This document shows, piece by piece, positions 8,879 through 18,753 of a stretch of DNA of 64,000 bases. The translations under genes were made by a program, and so were the position numbers. The notes beneath the pieces are model-generated. The model was given only the letters and a program-made list of their open reading frames with translations, was not told the DNA's origin and did no database searches. Position 1 is the stretch's first letter. Every line of letters starts with the position of its first letter. Source of the DNA: an uncultured Anaerolineales bacterium (GTDB lineage Bacteria > Chloroflexota > Anaerolineae > Anaerolineales > UBA11858); NCBI GenBank assembly GCA_964603385.1, contig CAZRUS010000009.1:9279-73278 (forward strand), given 5' to 3'.

Positions 8879-9454
8879 TTATTCCCCGACAGTAATGTAT
8901 TTGCGAATCTGTTCAAAGGTGGCTGCTCCGATGCCGGGCACCTGCTGAATTTCTTCAATCATTGCAAAGGGGTTTTCCTGACGGTATTCCAGTATAGCCT
9001 GAGCAGTGACCGGACCAATTCCCGGTAATGTTTCTAAGGCAGCCTGCGAAGCCAGGTTGATATCGATCACCTGCCTTCCATCCTCAAGCTGGTATACAGC
9101 CTCCTCGGTGATCGAGCCCAATTCATTTCCCGGGGCGGTCGGCCTGCGAATCGGCACATAAATTCGGGTGCCATCCTCCAGAAACTCGGCCAGATTCAGG
9201 GCTCCCCGGTAGGCATCTGGACGGCACCCTCCTGCCGCGGCGACCGCATCCTCCACCCGGCTGTCCGGCGGCAGGGCATAGACCCCTGGTGAATGCACCG
9301 CACCTTCGACATCCACCTTGATGGGCGCTGGACTAGGGGGTGGACGCAGCAGAACAGCTTTGCCCGGATCCGGCCTGCAGACCAGCAGGATCAATCCGGC
9401 GCAGAACAGGCCGAAGAGTACACCCAGCAGTAGATCCCCCACTCGGTTGAACAT
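8879..9454 (-). CDS. comEA: ComEA family DNA receptor (TM + SLBB + helix-hairpin-helix)
   Basis: VDVEGAVHSPGVY.LP..SRV.DA, LNLA..L.DG..IYVP, IDINLAS...LETLPGIGPVTA..I and F..IEEI..VPGIG. Confidence 0.92.
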   Translation of the reverse strand: MFNRVGDLLLGVLFGLFCAGLILLVCRPDPGKAVLLRPPPSPAPIKVDVEGAVHSPGVYALPPDSRVEDAVAAAGGCRPDAYRGALNLAEFLEDGTRIYVPIRRPTAPGNELGSITEEAVYQLEDGRQVIDINLASQAALETLPGIGPVTAQAILEYRQENPFAMIEEIQQVPGIGAATFEQIRKYITVGE

Positions 9455-9471
9455 CAGAAAACAGCCCTAGA

Positions 9472-10416
9472 TCATTCCCCCATTTCCAGGCTGAGGCCTA
9501 ACCGCTGTTCAGTGGGATCCAGATGAATGATTTCCACTGAAACCCGCTGATTTTCCTGGAGCACATCCCAGGGAGAGATATGGTCCCCATTTCCCCCCAG
9601 TTCTGAGACGTGGATCAATCCATCCACCCCTTCTTCCAATTGAACAAAGGCACCGTAGGAGACGATATTCTTGACCACTGCCTCGACCACCTGACCGGTT
9701 TGATAGCGGTCCTGGATGGTCTCCCAGGGGTTGGAACACAGCTTCTTCAGGCTGAGAGCTACTTTGTTCTCCTCTCTATCCACGTTCAGCACATAGACCT
9801 CAAGCTGGTCGCCTACGGAAACCACATCTGAAGGATGATCCACCCGCCCCCAGGATAGTTCTGAGATATGGATCAGCCCTTCCATCCCTCCCAAATCAAC
9901 AAAAGCGCCGAAGTCCGTTATGGTGGTGACCACACCGGGAATGCAGGTGCCCTCTTCCAGGGTGTCCAGCAGTTTCAAGCGCTTCCCCGGGCCTGCCTGG
10001 GCAGCTCTTTCGGAGAGCACCACCCGGCAGCGATCCCGGTCATATTCAATAATTTTCAGGGCAATCGTTTGCTGAAGATAAGCTTTTTTGTCATCCCCCT
10101 GGAGCAGATGCGAGCAGGGAACAAAGCCATTAATACTCTCCCCCTGGACAAGCAGCCCCCCCTGATTACAGCCGACAACTTTCAGGGAGACCACCTCATC
10201 CCTGCTGTACTGATCCTGGATATACTGCCAATCGTTATCCGGTTGGTCATATACCATCCGGGATTTTTCAGGTGGCGTATCCTTTGCCAGGGGCCAAGGA
10301 TTCGCGGCCTCCGGCGGGAATTCCTTTTCGCCTTCGCTGAGGGCAGCTTTCCACCAGGATTCTCCCAGGGAAGGCGGGGTTGCTGAATCCAGTTGATTGT
10401 GTTCTTCTTGAACCAT
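9472..10416 (-). CDS. Short S1-domain RNA-binding protein (ribosomal protein S1-like, three S1 repeats)
   Basis: Repeats NQGGLLV...GFVP.S, TDFGAFVDLGGMEGLIHISELSW and SYGAFVQLEEGVDGLIHVSE. Start probably 10416; the ORF-track start 10515 overlaps the upstream gene. Confidence 0.85.
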   Translation of the reverse strand: MVQEEHNQLDSATPPSLGESWWKAALSEGEKEFPPEAANPWPLAKDTPPEKSRMVYDQPDNDWQYIQDQYSRDEVVSLKVVGCNQGGLLVQGESINGFVPCSHLLQGDDKKAYLQQTIALKIIEYDRDRCRVVLSERAAQAGPGKRLKLLDTLEEGTCIPGVVTTITDFGAFVDLGGMEGLIHISELSWGRVDHPSDVVSVGDQLEVYVLNVDREENKVALSLKKLCSNPWETIQDRYQTGQVVEAVVKNIVSYGAFVQLEEGVDGLIHVSELGGNGDHISPWDVLQENQRVSVEIIHLDPTEQRLGLSLEMGE

Positions 10417-10511
10417 TAACAATACCCCAGAAGTTTCACCATTTTGTATTGTATCATTTTTTTGACGCTCAAGAAGTTGCTTCTTTCCTATTCTCAGGTG
10501 ATTTTTTACGC

Positions 10512-12416
10512 TCAACCCGGATGGTGTGAAGATTGATTCCTCTCTTCCAGCGCCTGTTTTTCCATTTCTATGATCGTTTTTGCCACCACTTCAATCGCTA
10601 CCTTCTGCTTCCGGTAAAGATTGGCTTCAGACATAGCCAGGCGCTTGGCGACATCCCGCACTTTCTGACCTTTGAGGAACTTCATCTCCAATATATTGTA
10701 AAGCACCCAATCCAGGGTAAAACGTCGGGTCCCTTCCGGTCGGATTTTATCGATGGCCTCCCGCAATATAGCCCGGACTGCTTTGACAGAAATGCCGTCA
10801 TGCTCCTCCAGCGCCTGCTGAACCACTGCTAATTGAAGGAGGGGGGATTCTGAGAGATCCGGCCCACCCCAGTAATCCGACAGGGCGTCCCGCACCCATT
10901 CGATGATCGTACTCTCGTCTGGAAGTTCCTTCTCATTGGGGCCGGTCAGGATTGTGCTGCCGTCATACTGCGCTGCAGCTCGAAGCTGCTGCAGGCGGGT
11001 CATCTGCGGCGTTAAATCTTCCAGAGAGGTAAACACCTGCTGCTGATTGAAGCGGTCTTCCAGCGCCTGAGAGGCCCGGAAGGCCAGCATGTGGAGCGCT
11101 TCCCACTGCTCCTCGAGAATTTCCTGATCGGAACGTTCCACACCGACCAACCCCAGCAGTTCCTGGGGGTTGCCATCCTTGAAGAGTGGAATCAGCCAGA
11201 AATCCCCCCAGGAATACAATTCCAGGCCCTCCGTTTCCTGCTCCGGATTGACCGACTCAAGGATTTTTTGGGAGAGCTCTTCCCCCTGCAGTTCTTTCAT
11301 CTTCCCCACATTGACCAGAAAATCCAACCCCCCAATATCCACGGAGGCAGCAAAGGCGGTCTTAACCTGCAGGCGATCACAGATGGCCGCCAGCACTGAT
11401 TCCAGAAACTGCTTCAGGTCGGCGGTGGTCAGCAGCCGCTCTTCCAGATTCTGGATCAGGGCCAGATCTTGCTGCCCATCACTGTACAGAAACCAGCGTT
11501 CCCAATAAGGAGACAGCATGGTAATCATGTACTGCATCAGGAGAACTGAACCGACCATCACCACGGGGGCAAACACGGAGAAGGGCTCTCCCGCCCGGCG
11601 GGTAATGGTGGTCAGCGCCAGCACGGTGGAGGCTGTGACCGGCCCGCGCATCACCCATTTAATCAGGCGGCGCTTGACCACCCGATCGGGCCAGGGCACA
11701 CCGAAGAAAGCTACTGCGTAAGCCATAATAACAATCAGCGCCGAAACCAGAATATTACTCAGAATGGCAGCAGACCAGAAGACATAAGGGTGGTTTCCTG
11801 CAAATCCCGACCCGAAGAGCAGATAGGGGAAGGATCCCAGCGCTGGGGCCAGCGCACCGCCGATCAGATAGCTCATCCGCCGCCGGCTGGACCGGGTCAC
11901 TGTCCGGAAGTAGGCTCGCTGGAAGGTAAACCAGGACCAGATCATGCTGATCAGATAATAAGCGGAAAACAGCCAGGTGAGGTTGGTGCGCTGCAGATGG
12001 GGGGAGACCACATTTTCTACAACCAGCGGCCCTACCAGAATTTCCAGGGGGATCAGCACTAAAAAAACTGCCGAGATCAGATAAGAAACATAGACTAGCT
12101 TGGTTCGCCTTCCCCGGGAGGGTCTTCCCGTGGTTGCCAGGACAGCATCAGAAAGTTGGTTGTACGCAGCCGGCAGAAAAGTAATCCCCAGCCACTGAAA
12201 TTGGTACCAGCGCTCAATCCACAGCCGGGTGTTGAGTACGCTGGCCACCGCTTCCCCGACGAAGACCACCACCACACAGCCCATCATGAAAGCAAAAGAA
12301 CGGGCCACTCGATCTTTGAGATTAAAGGAAAGCGCATAGAGCAGCAGAGAAAAGGCAGTGATAGCGATCCCTGCTGTCAGCAGCTGGTTGATGGTTTGAA
12401 GACCATTGATCACCAT
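10512..12416 (-). CDS. Multi-TM sensor (HisKA_7TM-like N-terminus) with C-terminal helix-turn-helix and no kinase domain
   Basis: About 8-9 hydrophobic segments in the first ~300 aa and a soluble middle region. C-terminal VRDVAKRLAMSEANLYRKQK is an HTH. No H-box or HATPase G-boxes seen. Confidence 0.7.
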   Translation of the reverse strand: MVINGLQTINQLLTAGIAITAFSLLLYALSFNLKDRVARSFAFMMGCVVVVFVGEAVASVLNTRLWIERWYQFQWLGITFLPAAYNQLSDAVLATTGRPSRGRRTKLVYVSYLISAVFLVLIPLEILVGPLVVENVVSPHLQRTNLTWLFSAYYLISMIWSWFTFQRAYFRTVTRSSRRRMSYLIGGALAPALGSFPYLLFGSGFAGNHPYVFWSAAILSNILVSALIVIMAYAVAFFGVPWPDRVVKRRLIKWVMRGPVTASTVLALTTITRRAGEPFSVFAPVVMVGSVLLMQYMITMLSPYWERWFLYSDGQQDLALIQNLEERLLTTADLKQFLESVLAAICDRLQVKTAFAASVDIGGLDFLVNVGKMKELQGEELSQKILESVNPEQETEGLELYSWGDFWLIPLFKDGNPQELLGLVGVERSDQEILEEQWEALHMLAFRASQALEDRFNQQQVFTSLEDLTPQMTRLQQLRAAAQYDGSTILTGPNEKELPDESTIIEWVRDALSDYWGGPDLSESPLLQLAVVQQALEEHDGISVKAVRAILREAIDKIRPEGTRRFTLDWVLYNILEMKFLKGQKVRDVAKRLAMSEANLYRKQKVAIEVVAKTIIEMEKQALEERNQSSHHPG

Positions 12417-12418
12417 AA

Positions 12419-12955
12419 TTACACAAACGTTGAGAAGAAAAGCGCGATCTCCTGATGATGATAGTACTGATCATTGTACCCGGAAAATTCAAACCCTAAT
12501 TTGGAGGCAAATTGAATGGCAGGATAGTTTTTAGGCTGCATCTCCAGGATCAGGCGGTGAACCCCCTTCCGCCCGCACCAATCCTGCGCCGCCAGAACCA
12601 GGGCACTGCCAATGCCCTGCTGTCGGGAGATGCGGTCAACCACCAGGTCCTCAATCCAGGCGCTGGATGGAGCGAGATCCAACCGCAGGGAGAGATATCC
12701 GTACACTTGTTCTCCCTGTTCAGCCAGCAGCAGCAGATGCTTTTCAGTCCAGGTATCCGCCAGCAAACGGGGCAGACGGGGATAATTGACATGGACCTCC
12801 CGTGGTAATCGCACTTCCCGGAAGGAGATCTGGGTTTGGATTTCGGTGATATCCAAAGTCATCTGCCAGACCCGATCGGTGGAATAATTATGATCCAGGG
12901 AGGTCATTTTAGGGATGTCGGAAGAAAAAGCGGGACGGATTTGGATCTCGGGCAT
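12419..12955 (-). CDS. GNAT family N-acetyltransferase
   Basis: WIEDLVVDRISRQQGIGSAL...LEMQPKNYPAIQFASKLGF. Start moved to ATG 12955 (SD 'ggag'). Confidence 0.85.
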   Translation of the reverse strand: MPEIQIRPAFSSDIPKMTSLDHNYSTDRVWQMTLDITEIQTQISFREVRLPREVHVNYPRLPRLLADTWTEKHLLLLAEQGEQVYGYLSLRLDLAPSSAWIEDLVVDRISRQQGIGSALVLAAQDWCGRKGVHRLILEMQPKNYPAIQFASKLGFEFSGYNDQYYHHQEIALFFSTFV

Positions 12956-12971
12956 GAACTCTCCTGACCTG

Positions 12972-13664
12972 TTATTCCCGGGGGGCTTCAACATACAGCG
13001 ACACCTGGCAGGGGTCGAGCTCTGTCCCCTGGTTATCTGTGACCACCAGACGGAGCTGATAGCCCCCGGGTTCCAGCTGGGTAGTGTCCCAGAAACCGAG
13101 CTGCTCCTCCACTGCGGGCAGATCACTGGCCTGAATAGTCAACCAGTTCTGGCTATCAGCCGGGGCAATCTCAAACTTATAAAACCCAAAATCCGGGATA
13201 TCCACTGTGCCCTCGATCTCGATAATGCCGCTGACCGCAGCCTCCGGTTCCGGAGATGTGATCATCACTTCCCCCGGTCGGCAGCCGCTGATACCCGGCG
13301 TCCCCCCGACAGCCTCGGTTGGCTGGAGGGTAGGGTCTGCCCCTTCTGCTGGGGGAAGCAGGGTGGTCGTGGGTGTGGCCAGCAGATCCAGGGTTGGCGT
13401 AGGCAGCGGCTGAGCATCCGGTACTGTCGGCGCCAGATAGGTAACCAGACCATATTCTGCCACCGTCAGCGCCAGGAGGACGGCCAGAACAATCGCAGCA
13501 CTGTTCAAGCGTGATTGGGCACTCTCTTTTTCAAGACCAAAGGCTGCCGACCGGAGCTCCTCCCAGGCCAATAAAAATTTCCGAATCTGCCATACCGCCA
13601 GAGTCCCCAGCACAATGTAGATCAAGATCTCATAATTTTTCAGGAAGCGAATGATCTCATTCAT
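12972..13664 (-). CDS. Hypothetical membrane protein (2 TM, Pro/Thr linker, C-terminal Ig-like beta domain)
   Basis: Two hydrophobic helices, PTPT linker, then ITSP...IEGTVD...WDTTQLEPGGYQLRLVVTD. Start probably 13664. Confidence 0.7.
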   Translation of the reverse strand: MNEIIRFLKNYEILIYIVLGTLAVWQIRKFLLAWEELRSAAFGLEKESAQSRLNSAAIVLAVLLALTVAEYGLVTYLAPTVPDAQPLPTPTLDLLATPTTTLLPPAEGADPTLQPTEAVGGTPGISGCRPGEVMITSPEPEAAVSGIIEIEGTVDIPDFGFYKFEIAPADSQNWLTIQASDLPAVEEQLGFWDTTQLEPGGYQLRLVVTDNQGTELDPCQVSLYVEAPRE

Positions 13665-13750
13665 AGGAACAGATATCCGGACCCCTGGCAGCCGGGACGC
13701 GCTGGACAGCACAGAAAAACAGCTTTTCCCCCTCTGGATAAAACCTGGGT

Positions 13751-14587
13751 TTATAGTTTTTGCAGTACGCCCCGGATCAGGGCCATCATCTTGGGCGTGA
13801 GAATTTTGCCGGTCTCAATGACCTCTTCGTGAGTGGTTTCGCCTTCCCCGTAAAGGTAGGATTTATTGGTGATCCCCGATATTCCCAGCACCCGCTGCCC
13901 ACCATGATTGGCAACGATCACCTCGGGAACCGTGGACATACCAACGGCATCCACGCCCGCGCTCGCCAAAAACCGCAAGTCTGCCGGGGTTTCATACGTG
14001 GGACCGGCCAGGCAAACATAGATTCCTTCGTAGAGGGTGAGATCCAGATCCTGAGCGGTTTTTCTGGCCAGCTCAGCCAAATCAGGGTCATAGGCTTTGC
14101 TCATATCCGGAAATCGCGGGCCAAGCTCGTCAATATTGGGGCCCCGCAGCGGATTTGCGCCCGCCATTCCCAGCAGGTTAAAATGGTCGGTAATCAGCAT
14201 TGGATGTCCGGGTTCAAAATCCTGATTGATCCCGCCGGCGGCGTTGGTAATGATGATGATGTCTATGCCCAACCGCTGCATCACCCGGATGGGCAGCGTC
14301 ACCTGGTGCATTTCATAGCCTTCGTAGTAATGAATCCGGCCGTTCATGACCAGAACATCTTTGCCCTCCAGCGTGCCGACCACCAGCTCTCCGGCGTGAC
14401 CTTCCACAGTCGAAACCGGCCAGAGGGGAAGCTCCCGATAAGGGATGGTCACCGGGTCAGCAACCTCAGCAGACAGAGGTCCCAGCCCGGATCCCAGGAT
14501 CATCCCAATCCGGGGTTCCATGGCTGTTCTGGAACGGATTTCCTTGACGATGCGGTCAATTTCTTCCAAGGTATAGGTGTTCTTCAT
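13751..14587 (-). CDS. punA: Purine nucleoside phosphorylase, trimeric PNP-I/XapA type
   Basis: GMILGSGLG, STVEGHAG, GRIHYYEG, TNAAGG, GPTYETPA, VGMSTVPE and ITN. Confidence 0.95.
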   Translation of the reverse strand: MKNTYTLEEIDRIVKEIRSRTAMEPRIGMILGSGLGPLSAEVADPVTIPYRELPLWPVSTVEGHAGELVVGTLEGKDVLVMNGRIHYYEGYEMHQVTLPIRVMQRLGIDIIIITNAAGGINQDFEPGHPMLITDHFNLLGMAGANPLRGPNIDELGPRFPDMSKAYDPDLAELARKTAQDLDLTLYEGIYVCLAGPTYETPADLRFLASAGVDAVGMSTVPEVIVANHGGQRVLGISGITNKSYLYGEGETTHEEVIETGKILTPKMMALIRGVLQKL

Positions 14588-14700
14588 GCGGATCTCTGTC
14601 CTTGCTGAAGGTCGTAAACAACTATGTATTATATCATCAGCCTCACAACGGGATCTCCCGACTTCCTGGATGTCTCCCGGAATAAGTAATCGCTGTTTCC

Positions 14701-15741
14701 TCAGCCAGCCAGCACCTCCTCAAAGGCAGCCACGACCGCATGCACCTGAGCGTCATCAATCCACAGATGAGTGACCAAACGATGTCTGCGCTCGCCGGTA
14801 ACGCCGATCAACACGCCCCGCTGGCGCATTCGCCGGGCGACTTCTTCTGCACTGAGATCGACCTCCGGGGCGAGGTTGCAGTAGACCATATTGGTTGCCG
14901 GCTGGGGAGGATCCAGCACCAGTCCTGGCACTTCCGTTAACCCTGCAGCCAGCGCTTGCGCCCGACGGTGATCCTCAGTTAAGCGGGGGCGGACATGTTC
15001 CAGGGCATATAATCCTGCCGCGGCGATCACCCCGGCCTGCCGCATCCCTCCACCCAGCATCTTGCGGATTTTTCTAGCCCGGTCGATAAATTCCCTGGAA
15101 CCGCAGAGCACCGATCCCACAGGAGCACTCAGCCCCTTACTTAAACAAAACATCACCGAGTCCACGGGATCGGTCAGCTCCACCGGGTCCACGTCAAGCG
15201 CCGCAGCGGCATTGAATATCCTGGCCCCATCGAGGTGGACCTTCAATCCCCGCTCAGCCGCCAGAGCTGCTACCTGGCGGGTGTAAGCTGGGGACAGCAC
15301 CACACCGCCGCAGCGGTTGTGGGTGTTCTCCAGGAGGATCAACCGGGTGGGGGGATCGTGGATATCCTCCCCCCGTACGGCGCCGCGGATATCCTCCAAC
15401 TTCAGCGTCCCATCTGATTGATTGGGAATGGTATGAGGATGGATCCCGCCCAAGGCGGAAATCCCACCTACCTCATATAAAAACGTATGGGCTTTCTCTC
15501 CCAAGATGATTTCGCTGCCTCGGCCACAATGCGTGAGCACGGCCGCCAAATTTCCCATGGTCCCGGAAGGGACATATAAGCCAGCCTGCTTTCCCAGCAG
15601 CTCTGCAGCGCGGGCTTCCAGTCGGTTGACGGTGGGATCCTCCCCATATACATCATCTCCAACTTCTGCGCGGGCCATTGCATCCCTCATTTCCGGTGTA
15701 GGTTTCGTCACCGTATCTGAACGCAGATCAATCCAATCCAT
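14701..15741 (-). CDS. ltaE: Low-specificity L-threonine aldolase
   Basis: IDLRSDTVT, VGDDVYGEDPTV, SGTMGN, LENTHN, HLDGARIFNA and CLSKGLSAPVGS (PLP Lys). Confidence 0.95.
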   Translation of the reverse strand: MDWIDLRSDTVTKPTPEMRDAMARAEVGDDVYGEDPTVNRLEARAAELLGKQAGLYVPSGTMGNLAAVLTHCGRGSEIILGEKAHTFLYEVGGISALGGIHPHTIPNQSDGTLKLEDIRGAVRGEDIHDPPTRLILLENTHNRCGGVVLSPAYTRQVAALAAERGLKVHLDGARIFNAAAALDVDPVELTDPVDSVMFCLSKGLSAPVGSVLCGSREFIDRARKIRKMLGGGMRQAGVIAAAGLYALEHVRPRLTEDHRRAQALAAGLTEVPGLVLDPPQPATNMVYCNLAPEVDLSAEEVARRMRQRGVLIGVTGERRHRLVTHLWIDDAQVHAVVAAFEEVLAG

Positions 15742-15742
15742 G

Positions 15743-16675
15743 TCATCCTTCCTTGTGATAACCGAGAGTTTCCAAGATGGACTTCAATTCCGGGGGCAGC
15801 GGAGCTTCAAATTTTCGCTGGATTCGCTCTCCGGGAAGTCGAATGCCCAGCCTCGCGGCATGCAAAAACTGCCGGTCCAGAGGGAGGCTGGGGCTGCTCC
15901 GACCGTATGTGGTGTCTCCCACCACCGGGCAGTCAAGATAAGATAGATGAATGCGGATCTGATGGGTTCTCCCGGTGAGGATCTTGATTTCCAGCAGCGT
16001 ATGTTCCGGAAATGAAGCCAAAGTATAATATTCACTGACTGCTTCTTTGCCGTCCTTGACCGGGACAGCGGCCAGCTTCTGTCGCTGCCTGGGATGCCGT
16101 CCGATAGCCACCTCAACCCTCCCCTGGGGAGTCGGCGGACGACCATCCACCAGAGCCAGATAGGTCTTAGCAACGCTCCTTTCTTGGAACTGCTGCTGTA
16201 AAAAACGATGGGCGCGATCGTTCTTGGCCATGATCAGCACCCCGGAAGTATCCTGATCCAGCCGATGAACAACCCCCGGGCGCTTGACCCCGCCCACCCC
16301 CTGAATGTCGGGGAGGTAGCCGAGAACTGCATTGACTAGCGTGCCGCTGCTGTGTCCAGCAGAGGGATGCACCACCATCCCTGCCGGCTTATTCAGCACC
16401 AGCACATCGTCGTTTTCGAAAAGGATCTTTAAAGGAATATGCTCCGGCTCCAAGGAGCTTTCCTCCGCAGGAGGAATGTGCACATCAATCTCTGACCCGG
16501 GTAAGATCGGCTCCGCTTTCCGCCAGACAGTCTCCCCATCTACCGACACCTCCCCATCGTTGATTAATCGCTGCAGAAATGTCCGTGAGTAGCCAGAGAG
16601 CTGTTTTGCCAGCAGCTTATCAAGCCGGATCTCGTGATCACCCTGAAAGGTAAACGCTTTCCACTCTTCAGTCAT
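15743..16675 (-). CDS. rluD: RluA/RluD family 23S rRNA pseudouridine synthase with S4 domain
   Basis: RLDK S4 start, NKPAGMVVHP, VHRLDQDTSG and TGRTHQIR. Sits directly downstream of lspA. Confidence 0.88.
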   Translation of the reverse strand: MTEEWKAFTFQGDHEIRLDKLLAKQLSGYSRTFLQRLINDGEVSVDGETVWRKAEPILPGSEIDVHIPPAEESSLEPEHIPLKILFENDDVLVLNKPAGMVVHPSAGHSSGTLVNAVLGYLPDIQGVGGVKRPGVVHRLDQDTSGVLIMAKNDRAHRFLQQQFQERSVAKTYLALVDGRPPTPQGRVEVAIGRHPRQRQKLAAVPVKDGKEAVSEYYTLASFPEHTLLEIKILTGRTHQIRIHLSYLDCPVVGDTTYGRSSPSLPLDRQFLHAARLGIRLPGERIQRKFEAPLPPELKSILETLGYHKEG

Positions 16676-17180
16676 CCCGAGCCCTGCGTTCTTCAATCCA
16701 GATACCGATGATCAAGACCCCTACGCCCATGGTGATGCAGGAATCAGCAACATTAAATACGGGAAAACTGCCGATGGAAATGAAATCGGTCACATATCCT
16801 CTGGCAACACGATCAATCAGATTGCCGGTTGCGCCTGACAACTGCAGGGTAAGTGCCAGCCGAAAAAAATATTCGGAAGAGGGGATCTGAGGGAAATACA
16901 GCAGAATGGCAATGATAATCACCACCGAAATGATGGTAAAGAGATCATTCATCCCCTGAAATATGCCGAAAGCGGCTCCAGTATTATGCCAATTAACGAT
17001 TCTGACATAAGGAGCCAGCCAGTCTACCGGCATCCAGAATTCATTGACCGATAGATTTTGGCGAACAATGGTTTTGGTCCATTGATCAAGAAAAAGCAGC
17101 AGAACAGCAATTGGCAGCAGAAACGTGTACGCCCGAAGGTATTTTTTCAAGGAACCCTCCCCAGGAATCAACACCCCCAT
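16668..17180 (-). CDS. lspA: Lipoprotein signal peptidase II
   Basis: DQWTK, NTGAAFG, GATGNLIDR, VTDFI and FNVADSCI. Confidence 0.95.
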   Translation of the reverse strand: MGVLIPGEGSLKKYLRAYTFLLPIAVLLLFLDQWTKTIVRQNLSVNEFWMPVDWLAPYVRIVNWHNTGAAFGIFQGMNDLFTIISVVIIIAILLYFPQIPSSEYFFRLALTLQLSGATGNLIDRVARGYVTDFISIGSFPVFNVADSCITMGVGVLIIGIWIEERRARDD

Positions 17181-17332
17181 TTTACCTTACAAACCCGGGC
17201 CTTGGCCAGAAACCCCCAGAATAAAGGGGGACAGGAGCCCGGAACGGAACCCTAGTCCCGCCAGAGACAGGCTGGGATATAATGCTCTCCAGTGAGAAGA
17301 AAACATCTGAAATTCATCAGGGAAATCAGATA

Positions 17333-18193
17333 ATGAACACCCATCGAACGGCACTGGTCACGGACAGCACCTGCGACATCCCCCAAGCATCCATCGAGAA
17401 GCATCACATCCAGATTCTTCCCCAGCGCTTGATCTGGGGGGAGGAGACCTTCCGGGATCGGATTGATATCTCCCCGGCGGAATTCTATCAACGCCTGGAA
17501 AACGACAACCGCCACCCAAAAACCACGCTGCCAGCCCCGGAAACCATCCGGAAGGTTTTCCAGAAAGAATTTCAGCAGGGCGCAGACAGCATCCTGGTAT
17601 TTACCGTCAGCAGCCAGATGAGCGGGACATTCCAGCTGGTGCAGCAGATAGCGGAGGATTTCCAGCAGCCGATTGAGGTGATCGATTCCAGGGGACCATC
17701 GATGAGCCTGGGCTGGCAGGTGCTGGCAGCAGCGCGCCGGCGGGAAGCCGGGGGAGACCGCTACCAGATGATCCAGGCCGCTGCCGAAACACGCAGCAGC
17801 CTGGTGCAGGTTGTCTTCATGGACACTTTAAAGTACCTTCATAAGGGCGGGCGGATCGGACGGGCGGCGATGCTTTTGGGCAGCCTGCTGGATTTCAAAC
17901 CCCTGGTATCCATTAACCACGAGCAGGGGGTCGTGGAAGCTGCCGGCAGGGTGCGCACCCGGGAGAAAGGACTGGCAGCTCTGCAGGCAAAATTTTTCAG
18001 CCATTTTAACCCCGGGACTCCTCTGCACGTGGCCGTACTGCATGGGGACGTACCTGGCGATGCAGAGAGACTGGCACAAGAGATCCGGGAGCAGTATTCC
18101 CCCCAGGAACTGCTGATCAACATCACCGGCCCCGTATTGGGCGTGAATACCGGCCCGGGAGCCCTGGCGCTGTGCGGTTATTCCGGGAGTTAA
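17333..18193 (+). CDS. DegV family fatty-acid-binding protein
   Basis: ALVTDSTCD, SSQMSGT, IDS...SMSLG, TLKYLHKGGRIG and GVNTGPG. Start moved to 17333. Confidence 0.93.
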   Translation: MNTHRTALVTDSTCDIPQASIEKHHIQILPQRLIWGEETFRDRIDISPAEFYQRLENDNRHPKTTLPAPETIRKVFQKEFQQGADSILVFTVSSQMSGTFQLVQQIAEDFQQPIEVIDSRGPSMSLGWQVLAAARRREAGGDRYQMIQAAAETRSSLVQVVFMDTLKYLHKGGRIGRAAMLLGSLLDFKPLVSINHEQGVVEAAGRVRTREKGLAALQAKFFSHFNPGTPLHVAVLHGDVPGDAERLAQEIREQYSPQELLINITGPVLGVNTGPGALALCGYSGS

Positions 18194-18237
18194 AAAGCTC
18201 TTGAGATGTTGAGAACCCCCATGCTATAATTTTGAAA

Positions 18238-18753
18238 ATGACGCAGTCAATGAATGAGCCGGTCCTGGTATTAAACGGGAATTACGCCCCCATCAATGTC
18301 TGCACCACCAAGCGGGCGATGGGATTGATCATGGTTGGAAAAGCCAACCTGGTCCTGGATGGACGCGGCGTGGTGCGCACAGTTTCGAAAGAATACCCCA
18401 GACCTTCCATTATTCGCCTGCATTATTTCGTCCAACGGCCCCGACCCAGCGTAAAGCTGTCCAAGCATGAGATTTTCCGGCGGGACGGCTACCGCTGTCA
18501 ATACTGCGGCCAGCAGTCTCGCGACTTAACGGTAGATCATATTCTGCCTCAGCACATGGGAGGCGAGTCCACCTGGTCAAATCTGGTCACAGCCTGTGCG
18601 GCCTGTAATCATCAAAAAGGGGGCCTCACCCTGGAACAGTCAGGGCTAAGCCTGTTAAAGACACCCCGGAAACCTCCGGGCTCAGCTGCCTACCTGTTCC
18701 GGAAATATCTCAACCGCTATCAGGAATGGGAACCCTTTATTGAAGGCTGGTAA
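18238..18753 (+). CDS. HNH endonuclease (McrA-like, Zn-binding)
   Basis: VLVLN..Y.PI, FRRDGYRCQYCG, LTVDHILP and WSNLVTAC..CN..KG. TGCTATAAT ends at 18230. Confidence 0.9.
   Translation: MTQSMNEPVLVLNGNYAPINVCTTKRAMGLIMVGKANLVLDGRGVVRTVSKEYPRPSIIRLHYFVQRPRPSVKLSKHEIFRRDGYRCQYCGQQSRDLTVDHILPQHMGGESTWSNLVTACAACNHQKGGLTLEQSGLSLLKTPRKPPGSAAYLFRKYLNRYQEWEPFIEGW

Noticed and set aside
12956-13126. Upstream extensions given by the ORF track (e.g. 13126, 10515, 17282, 33887, 37530)
   Set aside because: They overlap neighbouring genes or regulatory elements and lack family similarity. Downstream starts match the family N-termini and, in most cases, an SD.
18238-18753. HNH gene as a homing endonuclease, mobile element or defence system
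   Set aside because: It is a stand-alone McrA-like type among housekeeping genes, with no intron, integrase, methylase or repeat context.
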